Below, piece after piece: positions 18,111 to 27,059 of a stretch of DNA of 64,000 nucleotides; positions within the stretch are counted from its first letter, which is position 1; every line of letters begins with the position of its first letter. Location: the NCBI GenBank assembly GCA_965365435.1, contig CBDUBQ010000026.1:25641-89640 (forward strand), read 5' to 3'. Position numbers and translations under genes: made by a program. The notes beneath the pieces are model-generated. The model had not been told where the DNA came from. It saw nothing but the letters and a program-made list of their open reading frames with translations, and searched no databases. This stretch comes from an uncultured Flavisolibacter sp. (lineage in GTDB: Bacteria; Bacteroidota; Bacteroidia; Chitinophagales; Chitinophagaceae).

Positions 18111-18950
18111 GTGCAGCACGTTGAGTTTTTTCATAAAGATCATTTCGAGTTCCGGTACCACCGGCAAAAGGCAAAAAAGTCGTTGTCGAAGTTTATTGAT
18201 TTTTTCTGGGAAACGGATTTTGCCTCACTCTTTAGACAATACCCCGACGGCTTTTCCGATGCTTTGTTCCCGAATGTCGGTTATACTTACCTCATCAACC
18301 TGGGTACGCCATTCGTTATGCAACTGGAGGAAGAAAAGTACGAGGTGAAAGGCGATGGTTTTCTGCCCCGGCATAAGGCCATGGTTTGCCACCATTCGGC
18401 CGGCAATAAAATCTTCGGCATCAAGTTCAACGTATCGCCGGTGCTGTTTCAGAAGAAGGTGAATTTTGCCGAATACCGCGAGTATATTTTTCCGTTGTCG
18501 TACCTCATTGACCGCGAAGTGGTGGCGCAGGTAAAAAGAGCAGCCTCATTTGAGCAACGCCTGCAGCTGCTGACGGCCTATTACGAGGGTATCATTCAGC
18601 ACCACGAAGGCTCGTTTACACAGGTTGATATTGTGGCGCAAATACTGCAGGACTGCACCGAAAGAAACCGTTTTGACGTGCCTGTTGAAGAACTGGCGGC
18701 ACAACACCACATCAGCACCCGTACCCTGCAGCGTTATTTCGAAGCCACCACCAGCATCACCAGCAAACAGGCTTTGCAAATACTTCGCATTCGCAAGGCA
18801 GTGGAAAAGCTCACCAACCATCCGGCCGATTTTCACTTCAGCCAGTTTGGCTACTACGATTACAGCCATTTTCACAAACACCTGAAGCAGTTTCTTTGCC
18901 GCAAAACCATCAGCATTATTCAGCCTCACCTTCAATTGCTTCATTCGTGA
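18111..18950 (+). CDS. AraC-family transcriptional regulator
   Basis: C-terminal HTH_18-like segment LAAQHHISTRTLQRYFEATTSITSKQALQILRIRKAVEKL. GTG start as in the track. Confidence 0.8.
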   Translation: MQHVEFFHKDHFEFRYHRQKAKKSLSKFIDFFWETDFASLFRQYPDGFSDALFPNVGYTYLINLGTPFVMQLEEEKYEVKGDGFLPRHKAMVCHHSAGNKIFGIKFNVSPVLFQKKVNFAEYREYIFPLSYLIDREVVAQVKRAASFEQRLQLLTAYYEGIIQHHEGSFTQVDIVAQILQDCTERNRFDVPVEELAAQHHISTRTLQRYFEATTSITSKQALQILRIRKAVEKLTNHPADFHFSQFGYYDYSHFHKHLKQFLCRKTISIIQPHLQLLHS

Positions 18951-19042
18951 ATCGGCAATAATGGTCATTCTTACCGGCACCATTCTGTTATCATGATGGC
19001 GAATGTACCGGCTGTTACATTCCCGATTCCCGATTGACGTTG

Positions 19043-21532
19043 TTAATTCGCTCCGGCCCGTTGCCGCTCTTCTTCCGATGCCGTGGTGCGCCGGCGGGCC
19101 GCCTGCACTTTGTTATTGCCAAAACGGTAGGTAAAGGTGAGGTTTGCTACCCGGCTTTCGCGGTAGGCGTGCCAGTTCTCCACGTAGCTTCCTTTGTATT
19201 CAACTGTTGCCCGTGGCCGGCTGGTCCAGAAAATGTCGGTGAAGTTGAGGCGCACCGTTCCCTTACCTTCCATGATAGTTTTCTGCACCCCGGCGCCAAG
19301 GCCCCATTGCGTTTTGAAGGTGGCGTAACCATAGCGTCCACCGGTATTCACGTTGGCATTGAGTTCGGCCGTCCAGCCTTTTTTGAAAGTAAATGTGTTG
19401 TTGGTGCGGATGTTGGCGGCCGGTGCGCCATCATTCAATTGCGCCCCGCTGATGTTGCCGTTGAATTTGTTGTAAAACACGTTCAGGTTATTGATCATGC
19501 TCCACCACTTGTTCACTTTTACCGGGGCCGATGCTGTAAGCCCGATGTACTCCGAAAGGCCAAGATTGACGGGCAACTGTACGGTGATGTTGCTGTCTTG
19601 CCCGGGCAAGATTTCAAAAGTGGGAATCACGTCCAGGATCTTGGCCAGCACAAAGTTTTGCGTGTTTTGGGTGCGGCTGTAACCCAGGGTAAAGTTCAGG
19701 CTCTTCAGCGTGTAATTCATTTCGTACGACCAGGTTGTTTGCGGCCGCAGCAACGGATCGCCGGTGGAGTAGATGGTGGCATCTACCTGGAATAGAAAAG
19801 GATTCAGCGACTGGTAGCCCGGCCGGTCAATGCGCCGGCTCACCGACAGGCCAATGGTTTGGTCGGGCGTTAGCTTGTAATTAAAAAATGCACTGGGAAA
19901 AAGCTGGAAATAATCGTTTTTGTACTGCCGGTTGCCTCTTGCCTGCCGGGTGCGCAGGTTGGTCAGCTCGCCCCGCAGGCCCAGTTGCACATTAAACTTT
20001 TTATACTCTTTGCTTAGGTTGGTATAAGCGGCATTGTTGTATTCTTCGTAAAAAAAGCGATTCGTTTTTCCTTCGTCCACCAGGGTTTCTGTGGGCATTA
20101 CATTGTAAAACCTGGCGTCGTTGTCGGAGGAAACATAGCTTGTTTTGGCGCCCGCCTCCAGCTTGGCGCCGCCCGTTAGCGGATGGGTATAATCTACCTT
20201 GGCAGTTTTCAGCGTCAGCTTGCCCCGCTGGTCGCCGTCCAGGATGTCATCGGGCCGGCGCTTGCTGCCATTGAGGTTGAAAAAATAGGATGAAGTGCGG
20301 GTAAGGGAGGTATTGTTGAATACACCATAGTCCACATCGGCCGTCAGCTCGCGGCCTGCGCTGTCGAACTTGTGTTTCAGGTTAATGTTGGCAACCGTAT
20401 TGCCAAACCTGTCGTCGTTGGTGCCAATGGAGTGGAACCGGAAAAGGGGTTGGTAAAACCGGTCGGTAACGGCTGTGCGAATGTCGGCCAGCCGGCTAAA
20501 GTTGTTGTAGTTGCCGTTGATGACAAATCCAAGAATGGTATTTTTCGAGGGGAAAAAATCGGCGCCAAAGCGGATGGTGTTGGAGCGAAACGGCATGCGG
20601 GCATAATTGTCCTTATCGTCCGACCCGTTGAACACACCGTTCTCGTAAAAGTTGCGGTTGATGATGAGATGGTTCAGGTTTTCGCGGTAGCTGTGGTTGT
20701 AATTGCCAAAAATGTTAACGCTTTTGTTGCGGTAGTTAAACGTGTTGCCGGCGTTCCATTTGGGATAAACGCCCTGTCCGTAGCTCGCCGTAAGCGTACC
20801 ATTGTAGCCAAGCCGCTGGTCTTTTTTCAGCCGAATGTCAATGATGCCCGAATTGCCCGCTGCATCGTATTTGCTCGATGGGTTGGTGATGATCTCAATC
20901 CGCTCGATGGCGTTTACCGGTAAGCCCCGCAGGTAGTTGGCCAGGTCGGCACCGGTCATCGGGGTTACCCGCCCGTCAATCATCACAATCACACCCGACC
21001 GGCCCCGCAAAATGATGTTGTCGTTCTGGTCAATGGTAACTCCCGGCGACCGCTCCAGCACATCAATGGCCGCACTGCCGGCATTCACCACGCTGTTGTC
21101 CACATTTACAATCAGCCGGTCGTTGAGGCGCTGAATAAAGGGTTTGCGGGCAGCCACAGTTACCTCCTGCAGTTGGTGGTCCTTTTGCACAATCAACTGC
21201 ACTGCCGGTGCCGGAACGGTTTCGCCGGCGTTGATAGGAAACACGGCGGTATAGGCTGTTTGAAAACCAACGGCAGTAATGCGCAGCAGGTAACTGGCGG
21301 GTTGAATATTTTCGATTTCGGCAAGCCCTTTTTTATCGGTGATGGCGCTTTTGGCCAACGTGGAATCGTGGCCGCGAAGCAGTTCGACCGTGGCGCCTTC
21401 CACCGGCTGGTTCTGTTCGTTGAGCACGGTGGCTACTGCTTTCCCACGACCCGTTTGCGCCAGGGCGGCAACAGTGGTAAGAACAGCCAGCATACCCGTA
21501 AAAATGATCCGCATTGTTGATTTTTGCTGCAA
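19043..21532 (-). CDS. Outer-membrane beta-barrel receptor (CarboxypepD_reg + plug + OMP_b-brl_3 / TonB-dependent-like)
   Basis: Signal peptide, then an N-terminal carboxypeptidase-regulatory-like segment (GKAVATVLNEQNQPVEGATVEL), plug-like VTIDQNDNIILRG, and a long beta-rich barrel. Paralogue of 38169..40619. Confidence 0.85.
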   Translation of the reverse strand: MQQKSTMRIIFTGMLAVLTTVAALAQTGRGKAVATVLNEQNQPVEGATVELLRGHDSTLAKSAITDKKGLAEIENIQPASYLLRITAVGFQTAYTAVFPINAGETVPAPAVQLIVQKDHQLQEVTVAARKPFIQRLNDRLIVNVDNSVVNAGSAAIDVLERSPGVTIDQNDNIILRGRSGVIVMIDGRVTPMTGADLANYLRGLPVNAIERIEIITNPSSKYDAAGNSGIIDIRLKKDQRLGYNGTLTASYGQGVYPKWNAGNTFNYRNKSVNIFGNYNHSYRENLNHLIINRNFYENGVFNGSDDKDNYARMPFRSNTIRFGADFFPSKNTILGFVINGNYNNFSRLADIRTAVTDRFYQPLFRFHSIGTNDDRFGNTVANINLKHKFDSAGRELTADVDYGVFNNTSLTRTSSYFFNLNGSKRRPDDILDGDQRGKLTLKTAKVDYTHPLTGGAKLEAGAKTSYVSSDNDARFYNVMPTETLVDEGKTNRFFYEEYNNAAYTNLSKEYKKFNVQLGLRGELTNLRTRQARGNRQYKNDYFQLFPSAFFNYKLTPDQTIGLSVSRRIDRPGYQSLNPFLFQVDATIYSTGDPLLRPQTTWSYEMNYTLKSLNFTLGYSRTQNTQNFVLAKILDVIPTFEILPGQDSNITVQLPVNLGLSEYIGLTASAPVKVNKWWSMINNLNVFYNKFNGNISGAQLNDGAPAANIRTNNTFTFKKGWTAELNANVNTGGRYGYATFKTQWGLGAGVQKTIMEGKGTVRLNFTDIFWTSRPRATVEYKGSYVENWHAYRESRVANLTFTYRFGNNKVQAARRRTTASEEERQRAGAN

Positions 21533-21707
21533 AGAAGCATTGGCCGGCCAACGAAAAAAAGGAAAACTGGTTTAGCCGTTGTATGCTGCTACAGGCGGAG
21601 AGAAAAAACAAGGGAGGAAAAATGCGGTGTCGGTTTTTTACATCAAAAAACCCCGGGCGCAAATTGGGCGAAATAGCGGACTTTTGCCGCCTTACAAATA
21701 CGGAAGC

Positions 21708-22292
21708 ATGGAATACAATGTAGAAGAAATAAACCGGCTGATACGCAACCGGCGCTCCCACTTTCCCAAACAATACGCCGAAGCAAAACCGGTGGACGAT
21801 GCCATCGTAACACAGATACTGGAGAATGCCACCTGGGCACCCAGCCATGGCAATATAGAGCCTTGGAAGTTTATCGTGTTTACCGGCGAAGGCCTGCAAA
21901 AGCTGGCCACCTTCCAGGCCGAACTGTATAAGGCAGAAGCCGGCGATAATTTTAAAGAGACCGTTTATCAAAACCTGCTGGCCAATCCGCTCAGGGCCTC
22001 GCACGTGATTGCGCTGTGCCTGAAGCGGGACCCCAATAAAAAATTTCCGGAGCAGGAAGAGGTAGCGGCTGTGTCGTGCGCCGTGCAGAACATGTACCTC
22101 ACCACCGCCGCCTACGGGCTTGGCGGTTACTGGACCACCGGCGGCCCCACCTACAAGGCAAGCGCTAAAGAGTTTTTTGGCTTAGGCGATGATGACAAGC
22201 TGCTGGGCTTTTTTTACCTGGCGCATGTGGCTGTGCCTTCGCCCGACAGCAAACGCAGGCCGCTGGAAGAAAAGGTGGAGTGGGTGCGGTGA
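21708..22292 (+). CDS. Nitroreductase-family protein
   Basis: RRSHFPKQY near the N-terminus, WAPSHGNIEPW, and typical size. Start at MEYNVEEI. Confidence 0.8.
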   Translation: MEYNVEEINRLIRNRRSHFPKQYAEAKPVDDAIVTQILENATWAPSHGNIEPWKFIVFTGEGLQKLATFQAELYKAEAGDNFKETVYQNLLANPLRASHVIALCLKRDPNKKFPEQEEVAAVSCAVQNMYLTTAAYGLGGYWTTGGPTYKASAKEFFGLGDDDKLLGFFYLAHVAVPSPDSKRRPLEEKVEWVR

Positions 22293-22298
22293 GGACAT

Positions 22299-22323
22299 GA
22301 ATCGTCAATCGTGAATCGTGAAC
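22299..22323. repeat. Tandem 7-nt units GAATCGT / CAATCGT / GAATCGT
   Basis: Read directly from the sequence. It begins 7 nt after the nitroreductase stop. Confidence 0.6.
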
Positions 22324-22380
22324 AATTCCTTTCTGCTCTCTCGGTTGCGTTTGACGTTTTGTTACTTTACGAAATACTTC

Positions 22381-24096
22381 ATGTCTCAAGCCCTTTCTTC
22401 TGATGCGGATACTACCGGGCCGGCCCAGACCAATCGTATAGCGTCGAGGCCGGTTTTATCGTTTCTTCTTTTTTGGTTTGTATTAAACCTGTTGCAGGTA
22501 GCGTTTACGGAGCTTACCAGCGACGAAGGGTATTACTGGTTTTATGCGCAGCACCTGCAGTGGGGTTATTACGACCATCCTCCCCTGATAGCGTTCCTTA
22601 TCCGGTGCGGCACTGCCCTGCTGCCCGGCGAATTGGGCGTACGGTTTTTTAATGTGGTCTTGAGTACGGGTAGTGTGGCCTTGTTTTTTTTGCTGCTGCC
22701 GCAGAACCTGAAGCAAAGCAAACGCACCTACCTGGTGCTGCTGTCGGCGCCGCTGTTGCACTACCTTACCTTTCTTCTTTTTCCGGACGGGCCGCTGCTT
22801 TTTTTCAGCCTGTTATTTTTGGTACTGTACAAACGGTTTTTGCGCCGCAAAAACCTGCTGACCGCCTTACTGCTTGGTCTTGCGTTGGCAGGCATGGCTT
22901 ACGCCAAATACCATGGCGCCCTGGTGCTGCTGTTTACGGTCATCGCTAATCCAAGATTGTTGCGGTCGGGCTATTTTTATTTGTCGCTTTCCGTAGCGGC
23001 CGTGATTTTCATGCCGCACCTCTGGTGGCAATACAGCAATGATTTTCCCACCCTGAAATATCACCTGTCGGGGCGCACCGGGCAGTGGGGTTTGCGGCAT
23101 GTGGGCGAATACCTGTCGCAGCAGGTGGCTGCCATTGGGCCGGGGCTTATTTTCCTTCCGTTTGTTGTGCGAACGAAAGATATTTTTGAGCGAACCCTTA
23201 AGGTCATCATTATTGGAACGTTTGCTTTCTTTTTGTTCAGCTCTTTCAAAACCTTTGTGCATTTTCACTGGACCTCGATTGCCCTTTATCCGCTGCTGTA
23301 TTTTGCCGTGGCCTACTATAATCTTCCGGCGAAAACAAAGCTGTTTCGGTGGTTGATTCTTCCGTTCGTTGTCCTGTTCGTCATCGCCAGAATTTTGCTG
23401 ATGGTGCCGCTGATCCCGAACCTGCATGCCGGCGAAGATTATTATCATGGACGAAAAGCATGGGCGAAAGAACTGTCAGTGCTGGCTGGCAACAGGCCCC
23501 TTTTTATGCCGAACAATTTGCGGGAAGCTTCGCTGTATTCCTATTATTCGGGCAAAATGGGTGTGACGCTTTACAACCGGCCGGAGAAAAAATCGCAGTA
23601 TGAGTTGTGGGGCTATGAAGACAGCCTGCAGGGACGGGAAGTTTTGTTCGTGGCAAAATATCCGTTCGCGGGCAGCAGAGAACGAACGATGGCAACAGGG
23701 CAAAGAATGTATCTGGGTGTTATCCCCTCGTTCCGTTCTTATTATACAGGTATTAAAATAAGTGCTGTCCGTGAACCAGCCAAAGAAGGGGATTCGGTTT
23801 TATTTTCTCTGCAAATCGTTAACCACCGCCAAACTCCAGTTTTCTTTTCGTCTGTCCGCGGTGAGGCACCGAAACTTGTTTACAGCATTGAAAAAAACAA
23901 CCGCGAAACCGCCTACGGAATCTTGCATACCTTTTCTGCCGCAGACGTACTGGCGCCGGGTGGCATTTTCACAAAAGACTTTCGGGTGAATGTGCCGGCT
24001 TTACCGAAAGACGAATACCGGATTTATTTCGGAATCAGAGAGGGCGTGCTACCGGATGCGTGGTTGTCCAATGGCGTTTTAATAAGCCGGCAGTAA
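22381..24096 (+). CDS. Glycosyltransferase family 39 (ArnT/PMT_2-like) membrane protein
   Basis: N-terminal DEGYYWFYAQHLQWGYYDHPPL. More than 10 TM helices followed by a soluble C-terminal domain. Confidence 0.8.
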   Translation: MSQALSSDADTTGPAQTNRIASRPVLSFLLFWFVLNLLQVAFTELTSDEGYYWFYAQHLQWGYYDHPPLIAFLIRCGTALLPGELGVRFFNVVLSTGSVALFFLLLPQNLKQSKRTYLVLLSAPLLHYLTFLLFPDGPLLFFSLLFLVLYKRFLRRKNLLTALLLGLALAGMAYAKYHGALVLLFTVIANPRLLRSGYFYLSLSVAAVIFMPHLWWQYSNDFPTLKYHLSGRTGQWGLRHVGEYLSQQVAAIGPGLIFLPFVVRTKDIFERTLKVIIIGTFAFFLFSSFKTFVHFHWTSIALYPLLYFAVAYYNLPAKTKLFRWLILPFVVLFVIARILLMVPLIPNLHAGEDYYHGRKAWAKELSVLAGNRPLFMPNNLREASLYSYYSGKMGVTLYNRPEKKSQYELWGYEDSLQGREVLFVAKYPFAGSRERTMATGQRMYLGVIPSFRSYYTGIKISAVREPAKEGDSVLFSLQIVNHRQTPVFFSSVRGEAPKLVYSIEKNNRETAYGILHTFSAADVLAPGGIFTKDFRVNVPALPKDEYRIYFGIREGVLPDAWLSNGVLISRQ

Positions 24097-24353
24097 CGAA
24101 AGATTTTTGCAAGCATCCTTCCTGTGCCGCATTCGTTGCACTTCTATTATCTGAATGACGTCTTCTATTGTATAGATAACGCGGTAGTCGGCCACCGTAT
24201 AAGGCAAGCCTCCTCTCCTTTTAATTTCTTAACGCCTTCTGGTCGTGGGTTGTTTGCCAAAGCGTCAATGGCCTCTACTATTTTGTGGCTATATGGAGGC
24301 GAAATTTGTTCAAGTTCTTTTTGCGCAGATTTCTTTACGCTGATTTTGTACAT
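24079..24353 (-). pseudogene. RelE/ParE-family toxin with one frameshift
   Basis: MYKISVKKSAQKELEQISPPYSHKIVEAIDALANNPRPEGVKKLKGEEA runs in one frame. The expected continuation YTVADYRVIYTIEDVIQIIEVQRMRHRKDA is in another frame, with the shift near 24200-24215. Confidence 0.55.
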
Positions 24354-24355
24354 CT

Positions 24356-24546
24356 TCACTCTTTGGACTTACCCAATAGTTGTTGCTTCACGTGTTCCCA
24401 AGGTACTGCTTCTTCATTCTTTCGCAACTCAATGGCGAGAATATCATAAACGTCTTCTAACAATTCACCATTCTCTGCATCAAACGGTGGTTGTTGGTTT
24501 CATTTCGCAAAATAGTAATCGCTTCCCTAATAAGCTTTCTTTTCAA
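24356..24546 (-). pseudogene. Putative cognate antitoxin remnant, also frameshifted
   Basis: LKRKLIREAITILRNETNN (TTG start, frame a) and PPFDAENGELLEDVYDILAIELRKNEEAVPWEHVKQQLLGKSKE* (frame b) join only through an indel near 24485-24500. The stop lies 2 nt before the toxin ATG. Confidence 0.35.
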
Positions 24547-24555
24547 ATTTGCGAT

Positions 24556-25917
24556 TTAAACCCTTCTAATTTCTGCCCCTAAACTCTGCAACCGCTTGTC
24601 AATATACTGGTAGCCTCTGTCAATCTGGTCAATATTTTGAATGGTGCTTTTACCCTCCGCACTCAAAGCAGCAATCAGCAGCGACACACCGGCCCGGATG
24701 TCGGGAGAGCTCATGGTAATGCCCCGCAACTTGTGCCGGCGCTCAAGGCCAATGACCGTGGCCCGGTGCGGATCGCAAAGAATAATCTGGGCGCCCATGT
24801 CAATGAGTTTGTCCACAAAAAACAACCGGCTCTCGAACATTTTTTGATGAATAAGCAGGGATCCGCGGGCCTGCGTAGCCACCACCAATACAATGGAGAT
24901 TAAGTCGGGCGTAAAGCCCGGCCAGGGATGGTCGTAAATGGTCAGCACGCCGCCATCCATATACGTTTGTATCTGGTACAGCTCTTGTTCGGGAATGTGA
25001 ATGTCATCGCCGATGATGTTCATCTGGATGCCCAATTGCCGGAATTTTTCCGGAATCACACCGAGGTATTCTACGCTGCAGTCTTTGATGGTAATATCGC
25101 TTTGCGTCATGGCGGCCAGGCCAATGAACGAGCCGATCTCGATCATATCGGGCAGGATGCGGTGCTCGGTACCGTGCAGCTTTTCTACGCCCGAAATCAC
25201 CAGCAGGTTGCTGCCTATACCGCTAATATCAGCGCCCATGCGGTTGAGCATTTTGCAAAGCTGCTGGATGTAGGGCTCGCAGGCAGCGTTGTAAATGGCT
25301 GTTTCGCCCCTGGCCAATACGGCGGCCATCAATACATTGGCCGTTCCCGTCACCGAGGGTTCGTCCAGCAGCATGTATGTGCCTTTGAGCCCGCTGGTGG
25401 TAAAATGGTAGAACGCATCTTCCTGGCTGTAGGTAAATTCGGCGCCCAGTTTTTGAAACCCAAGCAGGTGGGTATCCAGCCGGCGGCGGCCAATTTTATC
25501 GCCGCCCGGTTTTGGAATAAAGGCTTGCTTGAAGCGGGCCAGCATGGGGCCGGCCAACATCACCGAACCACGCAGCATGCCGCTTTTGCTTTTGAACTCG
25601 GGGCTGCGCAGGATTTGCAAATCCACTTCATCGGCCTGGAAGATGCAGGTGTGGCGGTTGGGCCGCTCCACTTTTACATTCATGGCCTTCAGCAACTCAA
25701 TCAGGTTGTTGACGTCGAGTATGTCGGGAATGTTGGTGATGGTGACTTTGTCAGCAGTCAGCAGTACGGCGCTAATGATTTGCAGGGCTTCGTTCTTTGC
25801 GCCCTGCGGAATGATTTCGCCTTTCAGCTTTTTGCCGCCGATGACTTCAAAAGACCCGCCCCCCCTTTCCCCGGCGGGGGAACTTAGGCCGGTGTTTTTG
25901 CTTTTTTCTTCGATCAT
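24556..25917 (-). CDS. murA: UDP-N-acetylglucosamine 1-carboxyvinyltransferase
   Basis: FEVIGGKKLKGEIIPQGAKNEALQIISAVLL, PGGDKIGRRRLDTH, and full-length colinearity with MurA. Confidence 0.95.
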   Translation of the reverse strand: MIEEKSKNTGLSSPAGERGGGSFEVIGGKKLKGEIIPQGAKNEALQIISAVLLTADKVTITNIPDILDVNNLIELLKAMNVKVERPNRHTCIFQADEVDLQILRSPEFKSKSGMLRGSVMLAGPMLARFKQAFIPKPGGDKIGRRRLDTHLLGFQKLGAEFTYSQEDAFYHFTTSGLKGTYMLLDEPSVTGTANVLMAAVLARGETAIYNAACEPYIQQLCKMLNRMGADISGIGSNLLVISGVEKLHGTEHRILPDMIEIGSFIGLAAMTQSDITIKDCSVEYLGVIPEKFRQLGIQMNIIGDDIHIPEQELYQIQTYMDGGVLTIYDHPWPGFTPDLISIVLVVATQARGSLLIHQKMFESRLFFVDKLIDMGAQIILCDPHRATVIGLERRHKLRGITMSSPDIRAGVSLLIAALSAEGKSTIQNIDQIDRGYQYIDKRLQSLGAEIRRV

Positions 25918-25947
25918 ATTTTAGGCTAAAAATTTAGATTGGTGAAT

Positions 25948-25979
25948 AGAATTACCAGCCGTACAAGAGTGCGACGCAA
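25948..25979 (+). repeat. Copy 2 of the 32-nt exact repeat
   Basis: Identical to 15867-15898. It lies 31 nt upstream of the murA start on the minus strand. Confidence 0.9.
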
Positions 25980-26092
25980 GAGAAGCTTCATAGTAGCACT
26001 GTTGCCTGGCCCCAAAAAAAACATTGCGCAAAAAAAGGTCATAAAAGAAGGTTGGGTGATACGCCTAAGGCTCCCTTCAGGGGGCAGGGCGT

Positions 26093-26842
26093 TTACAGGG
26101 GGCCCTTGATCTGCTCTCCGGTTTTTCCAAACCGCCGCTCCCGGTGCTGGTAGTCAACAAGGGCTTCGTACAGGTTTTGCTTGCGGAAATCGGGCCAGCG
26201 AACCTGTGTGAAATACAACTCGGCATACGCCAGTTGGTACAGCAAAAAGTTAGAAATGCGGTATTCGCCGCTGGTGCGGATCATCAGCTCCGGGTCGGGA
26301 AAATCGGACGTGGTCAAGAAACGTTGCAGCGTATCCTGGTCAATTTCCTCCACGGCCAGGCGGCCGCTTTGCACTTCGTGGGCAATGCTTTTAACAGCGT
26401 TCAGCAGTTCCCAGCGGCCGCTGTAGCTAAGGGCCATAATCAGTTGCAGGCCGGTGTTTTGGCCGGTGATCTGCAGCGCTTCGGTCAGTTCCCGCTGTGC
26501 ATAATCGGGCAGCATGGCCACGTCGCCAATCACGTGCAGGCGAATGTTGTTCTTATTCAGGCTTTCCACCTCGCCCCGAATGGTCTTTACCAGCAGCTCC
26601 ATCAGGCCTACCACTTCGTATTGCGGACGGTCCCAGTTTTCGGTGGAGAAGGCGTAAAGCGTCAGGTAGCCGATGCCCAGTTCAGCGCAGCCTTCTACAA
26701 TATCCCGTACGCTTTCTACGCCCTGGTAATGGCCAAAGAGCCGGTCTTGTCCCTGCTCTTTGGCCCAGCGGCCGTTGCCGTCCATGATAATGGCGATGTG
26801 CCGCGGAAGCCGGCTTTTGTCAATTTGCTGCAGAAGGTCCAT
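26093..26842 (-). CDS. uppS: Undecaprenyl-diphosphate synthase
   Basis: HIAIIMDGNGRWA, FSTENW and ERRFG motifs. Confidence 0.95.
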   Translation of the reverse strand: MDLLQQIDKSRLPRHIAIIMDGNGRWAKEQGQDRLFGHYQGVESVRDIVEGCAELGIGYLTLYAFSTENWDRPQYEVVGLMELLVKTIRGEVESLNKNNIRLHVIGDVAMLPDYAQRELTEALQITGQNTGLQLIMALSYSGRWELLNAVKSIAHEVQSGRLAVEEIDQDTLQRFLTTSDFPDPELMIRTSGEYRISNFLLYQLAYAELYFTQVRWPDFRKQNLYEALVDYQHRERRFGKTGEQIKGPL

Positions 26843-26849
26843 GGAATGA

Positions 26850-26884
26850 GTTTACGGGTTCACTTGTTTACACGTTCACAAGTT
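26850..26884. repeat. Four tandem 8-nt units GTTTACGG GTTCACTT GTTTACAC GTTCACAA
   Basis: Read directly from the sequence, 8 nt upstream of the uppS start. I found no inverted partner. Confidence 0.65.
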
Positions 26885-26995
26885 TTTTGTAAATAGAAAC
26901 AGAGCGCAAAGGTAAACCGCAGCGGGCAAAGAGATGGGGATATTGGAGTAATGGCATTTTATTGGTGAAGCGCCAAAATTGCTGGAGGATGCCAT

Positions 26996-27021
26996 TAAAA
27001 AAGCACGGAGGTTATCCGTGC
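26996..27021 (-). terminator. Rho-independent terminator of the DUF6089-like gene
   Basis: On the minus strand: GCACGGA-TAACC-TCCGTGC followed by TTTTTT. Confidence 0.75.
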
Positions 27022-27059
27022 CGGTAGCTTTATTACTGTTTTTTGCCGGTTGCCAATAG

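Noticed and set aside
21333-22004. ORF 21333..22004(-), 223 aa, spanning the receptor/nitroreductase intergenic region
   Set aside because: It overlaps the 5' ends of two well-supported genes on both sides and has no motif, so it is spurious.
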